A stretch of DNA of 64,000 bases from positions 66,774,001 to 66,838,000 of the forward strand of contig NC_043010.1 of NCBI RefSeq assembly GCF_006345805.1, read 5' to 3'. Shown here in pieces: positions 26,901-40,348 of this stretch. The translations under genes and the position numbers were made by a program. This stretch comes from Octopus sinensis (lineage: Eukaryota). Each line of letters opens with the position of its first letter. Positions within the stretch are counted from its first letter, which is position 1. The notes beneath the pieces are model-generated. The model did no database searches. It saw only the letters and a program-made list of their open reading frames with translations, and was not told where the DNA came from.

Positions 26901-29900
26901 ACCCACAAGGGGCTAAACATAGAGGGGACAAACAAGGACAAACGGATTAAGTCGATTATATCGACCCCACTGCGTAACTGGTACTTAATTTATCGACCCC
27001 GAAAGGATGAAAGGCAAAGTCGACCTCGGCGGAATTTGAACTCTGAACGTAACGACAGACGAAATACCTATTTCTTTATTACCCACAAGGGGCTAAACAC
27101 AGAGGGGACAAACAAGGACAGACATGGGTATTAAGTCGATTACATCGACCCCAGTGCGTAACTGGTACTTAATTTATTGACCCCGAAAGGATGAAAGGCA
27201 AAGTCGACCTCGACGGAATTTGAACTCAGAACGTAACGGCAGACGAAATACGGCTACACATTTCGCCCGGCGTGCTAACGTTTCTGCCAGCTTGCTGCCT
27301 TTAATACCACTGAATGCTAGTGCATATATTATAGTACTGAATGGTACATTGTAGTGCGGTATATGGTGTAGTATCTTTTATTTCTTGTTTCAGGCATTAA
27401 ATTGCAGCCATGCTCAGGCACCACCTTGGTCACTTTTGCCAAACCACTAAGTTACAGGGACGTAAATGCACCAACACCAGTTATCAAGTGGTGGTGGGGG
27501 AGAAACACAATGACACATGCACAAATGTAGGATAGGCTTCTTTCACTCACAAGGCTTTTGTTGGCCCGAGGCCATAGTAGAAGACACTTGCCCAAGATGC
27601 CACGCAGTGGGACTGAACCCAAAACTATGTGGTTGGGAAGCAAGCTTCTTACCACACAGCCACTCTTGTACTGTATGGTAGTAAAATATAAGATATAGTA
27701 CTGAATGGTAGTATGGTGTATGCTTTAGTATTGTAGTGTGGGGCATGGTATAGTACTGTGGTAGTATATATGGCGACACTGACAGACCACCACCACCACA
27801 TCACTACAAATGAAGCATGGAAACCCTTTTACGATATAATATAAAATATGAACTTACTGGCTTCATTAAATCTGGATAATGACCTCCAGCAACCTGACAG
27901 AGAAAGGAAAATAACGTTTTTATATTTATATATAGACAACACAAAGAAAAATACTGAATCATATATTATATTGAAGCAGGAAGGTGCCATAGGGAGACAG
28001 GGTTTGAGAAGGTGAAGGGTACTGCTCCATCAACTCTGCTTTAGATATAAAACAACAACAGCGGAACTTGAAGACCTCATTTCCAGAGTAAATCACTGAA
28101 AAGAGGAAGATTGAATGAGTCAGTTCTCTATTGAATATGCACAATGTTGTGTACAGGAGAGGACATGTTCTTGTAAGACTGGCAGATGCCTTATATTACT
28201 ATTATTAAATGTGCACTAACATATCTTATTTTTCTAGTTGGATCTCTAACCTTTGAATGGCAGATTGAGAAAATTTTTTTTAACTAAGCACTTTCAAACT
28301 TCGGACACTGGTAGAATTTGTCACATAAAACATATTTTATTCTTAGTGTTGTTGAGAAAAGTAAGTTTACATTTTCAAAGTTATTTCGTGTTAAAGTTGT
28401 AGTATTTCGGTAATTCCAACCAATCAATGACGTGTATTTAGCTGAATAAAATTACTGCCATTGTTTGTCAACAACAACAACTTCCGGTGGTGTATATTTT
28501 GTTTGTCACTGTTATTGATGACATATTTCATCTCAGTTATGTTTGTATGAATAAACGACTGTATCTGAAGCATGTTTACTTCATGGCACCACCACAATCA
28601 TTCGTGCATTTCTACTGCTTTTAGTTTTTTTTCCTGTTTTTCAGCTAATATTTTCGGTAAGACTTTTTTGACCCCCACCTCCAATTTCTTCATTTTCACT
28701 TTTTTCCGTAACTAACTCTAAAATCCTAACCCCAACCCCAAAACTAAAACCAGTACAAACACACAAATGATGTCATAAATAACAGTGACAAACAATATAT
28801 ACACCGCCGTAAGTTGTTGTTGTTGACAAACAATGGCAGTAATTTTATTCAGCTGAATACACGTCATTGATTGGTTGAAATTACCGAATTATGACAACTT
28901 TAACATGAAATAACTTTGAAAATAGAAATTTTTCTCAACAACACTAAAAGTAAAAGATGTTTTATATGACACATTCTACCAGTGTCCGAAGTTTGAAAGT
29001 GCTTAGTTACAAAAAATTAATTTCTTGATCTGCCGTTCAAAGGGAAAAGATCCTTCTTGTCATTAGACTGCACCATATTGGGGGTACTGCCTTAAGAGAA
29101 TTTTAGCCAAATAAATCAACTCCAAGGAATTCTTACCTCTAACATGACAGTCAACACAGAAATAATATGTTTCCAGGCAGTGTGGTATTGATAGTTCAAT
29201 CCAGTGGATGCTGTTTTGACAACCTGTTGCAAAGATGGGTTAACGTTCTCTTTGTCTGTCGTGGAAGATGATGGCTTTGCCTCAACAAGTCTTGAGACAC
29301 ATTCTTTGAAGACGTTCTACAGATTTCAGAAAAAAAAAAGAAGAAAAGAAAAAAGGGTTTACATCAGAGTATAATGAAGCCAACATGAGCTGTGTTGGTT
29401 GACCACATGATACATGGTAAATGAGGAAGTACCTCATAGGGTGCGGTAGTTGTTGGGACACAGCTCAGAGCAGGAAAAGTAAAGGGAAAATAGGAAATTT
29501 GAACTCAGAACGTAACGGCAGACGAAATACCGCTAAGCATTTCGCCTGGCGTGCTAACGTTTCTGCCAGCTTGCCGCCTTAGACTGTAATGTTTCTCTCT
29601 CATCATCACCATCATTTAACGTTCATTTTCCATGCTGGCATGGGTTGGGACAGTTTGACTTAAAACTGGTAAGCTGGGGAGCCGCACCAGGTTCTGATCA
29701 AATCCGGCATGGTTTCTACAGCTGGATGACCTTCCTAATGCCAACCACTCCAGGCACGTAGTGGGTGCTTTCTACATGCCACCAGCACGGGTACCAGTTA
29801 CGAAACACCAGCATCCCCCCAAAACTATGATCTCACTTGGCTTGACAGGTCTTCTGAAGCCCGTGTCTATTCCTACATATGCAAGCATCATGTACAAGCG

Positions 29901-32900
29901 TGTACATTTGCCTCCAGCATCAAAACGACAGTCACCAAAATCGGCTCAATGTCCAGACAGCTGTGCTAAAATCACCAGTGTCCAATCATCTCATCCTACA
30001 GTCATAGTGTCGCTTTGTAGCCTTGACAGTAAATGCCACAATAGGTGGCACTGCGCAAGTGTAGAAAGTTGGGAGAGAGAATAAATCATCTAAAGTGCAG
30101 TTACCTGTAACGCATCAGCTGCAGTCTGTTGCACATCAGGGTTTTCCACCAGGAGGTACTTCATGGATGTGGAGACCAGTTTTGGAAGATGGTTTTGGCC
30201 CAACTCAATGTCTTGCCTGTAAATATTTTTGAAAAAAATCAGAGTTATAACAAGAACAATAATCATCATCATCATTTAACGTCTACTTTTCCATGCTTTA
30301 CAAGGGTGAGATGGAATTTGTTGAGGCAGATTTTCTACAGCTGGTATTTTATTCTGCTGATCTTTGCATTTCAAACCACTGAGCTGCTGGATTTTAAAGT
30401 CCGGCATAAAACAATCATAGACGTTAACAGCACTACTCACACAGGGTCAATGAATAAACAGAGACAAATACACATATATTTCTTTACTGCCCACAAGGGG
30501 CTAAACACAGAGGGGACAAACAAAGGGATTAAGTCGATTACATTAACCCCGAAAGGATGAAAGGCAAAGTCGACCTCGGCAGAATTTGAACTCAGCGTAC
30601 TAATGTTTCTGCCAGCTCGCCGACAAATACACATAGATATACACACACCATCATTGTCATTTAGCGTCCGTTGTCCATGCTGGCATGGGTTGGACAGTTT
30701 GACCAAGGCTGGCAAGCTGGAAGGCTGCACTAGACTCCAGTTTGACATGGTTTCTACAGCTGGATGCCTTTCCTAATGCCAACCACTTCGAGAGTGTAAT
30801 GGGTGCTTTTACGTGCCACTTGTGTCTGCCATCACTGCAATTTTTATTTGGCTCCATGGGTCTTCTTCTCAAGCACAACATAATGCCAAAGGTCTTGGTC
30901 ATTGCCTCTGTGAGGCCCAAATAAATATATACATATATACCACAGACACACACACAAATATAATGATCGTTACCTGCGTTACCCTACTGGCACGTGAAAA
31001 AACATTCGAGCGAGGTCGTTGCCAGTGCCGCTGGAATTGCTCCTGTGTAGGTGACACATAAAAAGCACCATTTGAGCGTGGCCGTTGCCAGTACCGCCTG
31101 ACTGGCCCTCATACCGGTGGCACGTAAAAGCACCCACTACACTCTCGGAGTGGTTGGCATTAGGAAGGACATCCAGCTGTAGAAACTCTGCCAGATCAAG
31201 ATTGGAGCCTGGTGCAGCCATCTGGTTCGCCAGACCTCAGTCAAATTGTCCAACCCATGCTAGCATGGAAAGCGGACGTTAAACAATGATGATGATGACA
31301 AACCTCACACGCATGTGATATGGTTTCTATCAAGTTTCAATGGTCAATCCAAGGCTATGGTAAATGGTGCCACATAGTGGGATTGAAACCAAAACCACAA
31401 ATTTGTGAAGCAAGCATCTTAACCATAGGGCCATGCCTGAGCAGATACCATTAAATAAACACTAACTTGACTATTCACTTACTTGCACAGATTAATAATA
31501 GACTTCTCCATAACAGTCATCCAAGCACAGGACGGCTGAACATCGGTCATTAATGGCTGGTAATCATACAGAGCCTACAGAAGAAAAATGACAAAAATTC
31601 ATTAACCCTTTCATTACCATATTTCTGTTGAGATCCTCTGAGTTTCTTTCAATTAATTTTAAATATAACAAAGAATTATTGAAATAAGGTAGTCACCGTT
31701 AAGCTAGGGTTAGGAACATAAATTGTAACTAAGATTTGGTGGAAGATTTTAATTCAGATTTTTTGAAAACAAGACATTTGTATTACAGAGCCAGAGGCGG
31801 TTTCAGACGGGTTGGTATCAAAAGGGTTAAGTTTAACTCTTTATGTCCAAACTAACTAGATTTGGCCTCTTACACCTAAGCTACAATGTCATTTAAAAAA
31901 TAAACAACCACATCGTTGAAATTTCAAAACAATGTGAATATATAAGCGTAATGTTTGACAGGGTGATCTGAATGGTTAAGGGTTAATAGAAACCATCTGG
32001 TTCAACATCACAGCCTGCTCTCTCTTCCACCTATGTACCAGTAGCAGAGCTCATTATGGTTAACAACTGGATCATTCTAGTGGTTGTCTTTGGCAAAAGT
32101 TTACTCTACAAATGTTTAACCCTTTCATTACCAACCTGGCTGAAACCACCTCTGGCTCTGTAGTACAAATGTCTTGTTTTCATAAGTTTTGAATTGAAAT
32201 CTTCCACCAAACTTTAGTCACAATTTATGTTCCTAACACGAGCTGAATGATAACTATTTTTTTTTTCCTAAATTCTTTGTTATATCTAAAATAATTAAGA
32301 GAAACACACATCTCAAAATAAATACAGTAACCATATCTGGTCAAAATATTCTACCCGGTTGATCTTCAAATCAGCCAGATCTGTCCTCTTACACCCACCC
32401 AACAATATCATCCTAAAAATAAGCAATCACATCATTGAAATAGCTATGAAATAATGCCTGATAAATTCAAAACAATGCAGATAAATAAGCTTTATACTGC
32501 TGAAAAATTAAGCTGGGTATCTGTTAAACAAATTGCAATAGTCTCTTCCCAGATGTAAAAATGGGTTTGCACAGGGCCAGCACCCCTACCTAGAACCTCC
32601 CCCCCAAAAAAAACACACACAAAGTTACAAAAGCATTGACGACAATTTAAAAACCACAAAACCTTGGAGAGGAAGGCCAGCCCAGAGTAAAGAACAGAAG
32701 TTCAAAAAAAGGTGTCAATGACCTAAGCTCCACAGGGAGTGAAGGGGTCAAGTGAATAACTATCAGTATTAGTGGGGCTGTGCTGTATTCTGTCAGGCAA
32801 ATGGGATCTCACTGTTGTTGTTGTCATCATTTGTTTTGGGGACCATGATGAAAATGGATAGAAAAGAAGTGATTGTAGAAGATGCCCTGGAGGAAAGGGT

Positions 32901-35900
32901 CTGAGTATGGAGGGGGGTGGAGAGACAAAAGTGATTGCACTAACAGTATGGAAAATAAAGCATTAGATCAATGGTTCTCAACTGGGGTCAACACGGCCCT
33001 TGTGGGGTCCAAATAAGATCTTGTTGTTAAGGTTTATGTGCAGTAAAATTAGTTATATTTCTATAACAGGCAAAACATTTTAATTTCTTAATACAATTCC
33101 TAATAACATTTGATTATAAAAATACAATAGGGTTTTTTTAAAATATGGAATGGCTATGAGGGTCCACCAGAGTAGAATGGGAATCAAAAGGGTCCACAAG
33201 TAAAAATGAATTAGAGTGGATAAAGAAACTCAACTGGATGGTGATTGGAATGACAACTTTGGAGGGAGAGAGAGAGAGAGAAAGAGAGAGTGTGAAAGAG
33301 AGAGAGGCTAAATACTGTATTTGGTTTTGTCAGTCATTGTTAAAGAGTTCAAATCCTATTAAGGGTTGATTTTTGTTTTTGTACCTGACATCATTATAAA
33401 TATACCATGGTTGTCCAGGGGAAGTATTCTATAAACTATGTTGCCCCTAATGGTCTCTCTCTTATAAATACTGGCCTTATACATTACATCATTATTGTGA
33501 AACTAGTTTACTTACTGTGATTAGCTGAGCATTGAGGTGGCTTCCGAGATTCCCCAAACTCGGATCGACACTGACCAATCCATAAAGACACTGCATGGAG
33601 CAAGCCACGACCAACTGTAAACAGAAAAAAAAAAAGAGAGACATTGAGGAAATGAGAGATGGAAATAAGACATTGTTAAGAATACTGGGAATTTGAAGAT
33701 TAAACATACACACTGGTACTATAAGCGTCACAGATGGCAGGCCTGAGATTGTGCCATGATCACCCCACTAGAGTCACAGACAGTAGTGTGAGTCTGAATC
33801 ACAAACAGTGTAACTGCCTCAAGTCACAGACAACAGTGTAACACTGAGCCACACACAGTACTCTTACTCTTTTACTTGTTTCAGTCATTTGACTGTGGCC
33901 ATGCTGGAGCACCGCCTTTAGTCGAGCAAATCGACCCCAGGACTTATTCTTTGTAAGCCCAGTACTTATTCTATCGGTCTCTTTTGCCGAACTGCTAAGT
34001 GACGGGGACGTAAACACACCAGCATCGGTTGTCAAGCAATGCTAGGGGGACACACAAATACACACACACACATACATATATATACGACAGGCTTCTTTCA
34101 GTTTCCGTCTACCAAATCCACTCACAAGGCTTTGGTCGGCCTAGGGCTATAGCAGAAGACACTTGCCCAAGATGCCACGCAGTGGGACTGAACCCGGAAC
34201 CATGTGGTTGGTTAGCAAGCTACTTACCACACAGCCACTCCTGCGCCTACAGTAGTGTAACTACTTTGAGTCAAACAGCAGCCCAACATCTTGAATCACA
34301 GACAGTTTCATAAAATCAAACATAAAACAATTTCCAAAGACGTTTGCTGACTTTATCGACACCCATTAGTTACAGTCCATATGACATACAGATCACAGAT
34401 TGGGGAGTACAAAATTAGATTACATAGCCTTGAGACATCATTGATAACTTCAGAACATCCTCATCCACTTCTGGTCATTACTGTTTTGAGTACTGGGACA
34501 CACACGGCCCATTAACTAGTTTCCATGGCATATAAATGACCAAGATCACAACGCTCCCCCCTGGATGGGATGCCAGTCCATTCCTGAGTTTACTCATTTG
34601 CAGTTAAGTGCACTGGAGTAACATCAAATGAAGTGTTTTGCTCAAGAACACAATGCATTGCCTGATCTAGGAACTGAACCCATGATCTTGCGATTGTGAG
34701 TGCAACACCCTAACCACTAGGCCACATAGCTTCAATTCAGAACACCACAGGTCAAAGTTCATTAAAGATTGTAACAACAAGAAAAGTGTAGGGTGCAGAG
34801 AACTAGGTAAACACACTGATTTTTTTATTTCCCACAAGGGGACAACACAATCTGATTTAGGGTCAGATAATCGAATGGTTACAACATAAATATGAAGTTA
34901 AAAATTTACAAAAATTAGGAAAAATAACAAGAAATCGAATGAAGGGACAGACCGGAAGACATTACGGACGGAGTGGGGAGGCAGGACTAATTCGGACCCC
35001 ATGAGCCCCGCATCACCAGCAGAGAACTAAGTAAACACACATGGGGATACTTACCGGTGTGGCAAGGGTCATGACCTTCAGGATAGCTTCGCACAAGGCC
35101 TGGATGTCACTTTGAGCCAGGACAGGAAAGATTTGCTTGACCAGCATCAGGACATGAAGGGTGCTGACGGCATCAGAGCCACCTGGTGGGAAGCAGAGAC
35201 GGTGAGGAAAAACATTAAAAAATTGTTAGGAATAACAGGTATGATAGATCTACCACCATTTCTAAATTTGACCCTTTAACCCTTTCATTACTGCATTTAT
35301 TTTGAGATGCTCTGTGTTTCTTTCAATTACTTTAAATATAACAACCCATGCTAGCATGGAAAGCGGACGTTAAATGATGATGATGATGAAAGAATTTAGT
35401 AAAATAACTTAATTATCATTCAGCTAGTGTTAGGAACATAAATTGTGACTAAGGTTTGGTGGAGATTTTAATTCAGAACTTATGAAAACAAGACATTTGT
35501 ATCCAGAGCTGGTTTCAGCTGGGTTGGTATCAAAAGGGTTAAGAATTGTTTCCCTATTATATATTTTAACCCTTTTGTTACTATATTTATTTTGAGATGC
35601 TCTGTGTTACTTTCAATTACTTTAAATATAACAAAGAATTTAGTAAAATAACTTGGTTATCATTCAGCTAGTGCTAGGAACATAAATTGTGACTAAGGTT
35701 TGGTGGAAGATTTTAATTCAAAACTTATGAAAACAAGACATTTGTACTCAGAGCCAGAGCTGGTTTCAGCCAGGTTGGTATCAAAAGGGTTAACACTGAT
35801 CACACTGTCTAATATAATGCTTATTTATTCACACTAAATTAAATATGCATTATATCGTAGTAATGATGTGATTGTTTATTTCTAGAGTGACATTGTAGGG

Positions 35901-36183
35901 GAGGCGTAAGAAGCAGTCCTGGTGAAGTAGACCCCACCCCCACCTATGATTTAAAGACATTCTAGCCATGAGCATCCCTGTTTAGTTGCTTTTTTTTTTG
36001 CCTATGTGCAGGAGACTCAGAACTACATTATCCAAATTCAACATATCCTTTTCTTAGACAGTTAGGGTATGATGTGAGGTTGACTTAGCTACTATTTCTT
36101 GCAGGCGAAACAAAAAAGATAACTTTGCGAGTGGATTTGGTAGATAGAAATCCATCAATATATGCGTCTGGGTTTATATGTAA

Positions 36184-36216
<33 letters not shown>

Positions 36217-39200
36217 AGTATATGCAAGCGTGTGTGTGAGCATGTATTCTTGCATCTCTTTGTCTTGACATCACATGATACTTATGAGTATTATGCTCTT
36301 AACCCTTTTGATACCAACCTGGCTGAAACTGGCTCTGACCGAGTACAAATGTCTTGTTTTCATAAGTTTTGAATTAAAATCTTCCACCAAACCTAAGTCC
36401 CAATTTATGTTATTTATTCCCAATATTCTGTGAAGAACATGTCTGGCCAAGGGGGAATTAGTACCTCCCTTAGAAACAAGTGAGGGTTGGTGATAGAAAG
36501 GGCATCTAGCTGTAGAAAATCTAACAAATTACATCCGACCCATGCCAGCATGTAAAAGTGGACGTTAAAATAGTGATGATTATCATCATAACCACCATAG
36601 TCTTACAGCCATTCTTCAGCCACTGGTAGCAAAGGTTGGGGTGGATACTTGTGTGCAGGTTTGTCAAGAAAACTTACCACCAGACTCTTCAATTTTCTTA
36701 ATGCAATGCTTTGCAGTGGGAGGCGCCATAGGATGGCAATTGGGAGGTTTGTCAGACTTCATTATGGCACTCTTCTTCAGAATCTTCTCAACACATTCAT
36801 GTGACAGCTTTCGTATCTGTAATACAGCAGAAACGGAGAAGATTAGAAGAAGGAAAAAAAAAGACAAAAACAAAGAAAATTAAATTAAAAAAAGAGAAAA
36901 ACTGAAGAACAAGTATGGAAAAATATCATATAATCTTCTGGAGGCACATGGTTTAGTGGTTAGGGCAGTGGTTTTCAACCAGGGTTCCGCAAGAAGTTAC
37001 AAAACTGCTAAAATCGGCAGTAGTTTTTAATTCTCCTGTGCAGATATGTGTGCATAAGACTATTAAATTATTGCGCAGGGGTTCCTCGAGCCAGTGGAAT
37101 GTTTCCTTGGGCTTCCGCTCCAGCAAAAAGTTTGAAAAGCACTGGGTTAGGGTGTTGGACATATGATCATAACATTGTGGTTTCAATTCCCAGACTGGGC
37201 GATGTGTTGTGTTCTAGAGCAAAATATTTCAGTGATATCCTGTGACAGACTGGCGTCCCATCCAGGGAGAGGTACATATGCCAGAGAAAGCAGGAAAACA
37301 GTTCCTAACAGAGTAATGTGAACTAACGGTTCCATAATCTGGAGTAGAAGAAATCTGTATTGGTGCAGGTCAGCAACTATTAGTTCAGTAGTTATGATGA
37401 GTGAATGAGGAGTTTAATATCACAGGCCCTTGCCATTTGTTTGAGAGCGGGAAAATGTTGAAAATCAGTCAGATCAGCTGTAGTGGTACCACACATCCAT
37501 TGATAAAAAAAAAACACCATCTGGATGGGATGGGAAGAGAGGCACTCTCTGAATATGAATCTACTACAAAAGATAACCATCTTGTAACTACAGAGATTGA
37601 CCCCATATGCCCCTCCCTTCCAGGGGCTTTCTCCGTCCGGGTTGCGGATCCGTGGAATAAGCTGCCGGACGAGATAGTGAAGATGCCGACGACCGCTCGG
37701 TTCAAAGTCTCTCTTGACCAGAAATGGCCTGAACTCTTTGCATGAACACCCCTGTACATAACTCCATGTCCCCCTACAAGGCCTTGCTTTTTGCTTTTTG
37801 AGCCAAAAAATTAACTTAACTTAAAAGTGACCACACTTGGCCACTTAGTCTTCACTCAATGGTCACACAAACTGACCACAATCAACCAACAAGTATTCCT
37901 CTCTACCAACAAGCAATTATAGACAGTTACTAACCTTTGGCTTCTTGTGGGTAATAAAGGCCAACACACTAAGATAGATCTGTTGGGTAGATGACAGCTC
38001 CCACACTGATGCAGTCTGTGCACACAGCAAATATGATAAACAACGCAGCAGCTGGAAAAAGAACAGATTATGGGTGACTTATATTGAGTATTTATGTGTG
38101 TGTGTGTGTGTGTGTATGTATATATATATATATATATATAGGCGTAGGAATTGCTGTGTAGTAAGTAGCTTGCTTACGAACCACATGGTTCCGGGTTCAG
38201 TCCTACTGCGTGGCACCTTGAGCAAGTGTCTTCTACTATAGCTTTGGGTTGACCAAAGCCTTGTGAGTGGATTTGGTAGACGGCACACACAAAAAAATAA
38301 AAAGATCACTTGTTATTACTTACAGATTTAACCATTGATGTATTGTCACCATCAGAATGTTTGACAAGGATGTCCAGCAATTTCTTGGATACTTCGGAGA
38401 ATCGGTTGATGAGGACAGCATCAGGGACCCTAAAGTCAAGAAGAGAATGACAGGAGGGGTGAGAGGAAATGTAAAGAGCTTTAGGGAGTTACGTTTTGGC
38501 GTGTAGATTGTTTGCATATATACACATACACACCTACACATATATATACACACACACACACACATATATATATACACACACACAGAGAAAATATATACTG
38601 TGAATCATGAGAGACGATTGAATGCTGGGCTCAGTAGTAGGTCCCATATTCCACTGCAGTATGTGGGGTACTAAACCACAAGTTTTGGCAAATAACAACC
38701 ATGCTTACTGTTGAACCAATATTTGATCTTAGTAATTCACCTTATCAGTGTTAGAATTTGCAAGATTATATAATGTTTGTCTATTATGCAATCCTGGTCG
38801 TCATTTGTCAAAACAATGTTTTATTAAGTTTATAATGTCATTCATAAATACTACATATATCGTTGCTTTAGTATAAAAAAGGGCTAACTGGGCATATATG
38901 TCCAGCTAGCCCATTTTGATACAAAGGCCATGATATATATATATTATATACCAGGAAAAATCTAAACCAAGGCAGAACTAGTATCTCAAGTCATTCAGAA
39001 TAAATTAATTAGGGGTAAGGTGAATTTGAAGTCTTACAGCTGTTTCTAGGTAACTTAAGTGGTTGGTTAGCATATCTAGGCACCAGGTATTCTGTCATTA
39101 GAGTCAAGGTGTAACTATTTTAGATGGGGTAAATTTACAGTTTATAAGGAATAAAATAGAAGAATAAAAGTAGAAGTAATTAGAAGAATACAGACAGGAA

Positions 39201-40311
39201 AATAATGTTCACAACTCATCTGTTTCCATATCCTCTGGAGAAAGATGAGTTGTAAACATTATTCTCCTGCCTATATTCTTCTAACTACTTCTACTCTTTA
39301 TTCTTCTATTTTATTCCTTACTAGCAGTATTGCCCGGCGTTGCTCGGGTTTGTAAGGGAAATAACTATATAAGCATTTTTAGAGAGTTACTTCCCTTATA
39401 TAACCCGAGCAAAAATCATTAAAAATGCAGAAAAATGATGGTAAATTTTTTTTAAATCGTAGGCTCATCGTAGACGCGCGCTAATACCCATAAGGGCTTG
39501 ATATGAATGACAACTATAAGATACCCACATTTGGTTAAACTGCACTGCAAAATGTGGGAGTAGTTAGGAATCTAAATCGGAGGAGACAGAGTCTCACACA
39601 AACAACTTCAATTTTATATATAAAGATAACCTATGAATTTTATTCCTTGTAAACTATAAATTGTCGCCGTCTAAAATATTCATATTTTGTCTCTGATGAC
39701 GGAATACTCAGTGCACGGACATGCTAACCAACCACTTGGGTTATCCCAAAAACGGCCGTAAGACTTATTATGAATGACTTGAAATACCCACTATGCCTTA
39801 GTTTTGATATATGCCTGCTATAACGGAACCCTAACACGTATCCCTAGATCCAGCCTTATTTGTGATCATGGAACCTAACGGTCGACCAACTATAGCACTT
39901 ACCCAGCATACCTATTCGTTTAAATCACAAGTGAACTAAACTTCTCATAATCTTTATATATATATATATATATTGATAAAAATGGTAAGACAACAAAAGA
40001 ATGAAAGAGACCTCGATATTATGTAAATAGACAAATGTATCTGTAAATGTAATATGTGACAATTATTTGGTAGCTATGATAAAACTCCGAGGTTCGGATG
40101 CCGAGATGAAAATCCACACCGCCATCTCTTCAGTTATCTGGCCATCAGGAACAATGCTATCCGATGGCCGGATAACTGGAGAGATGGCAGCGTGGATTTT
40201 CACCTCGGCATCCGAAACTCGGAGTTTTCTCATGGCTACTGAATAATTGTCACATATTACATTTACAGACAGACGGACGGATGCATGCATGAGGTAGACA
40301 GTGATACAGCT

Positions 40312-40348
<37 letters not shown>

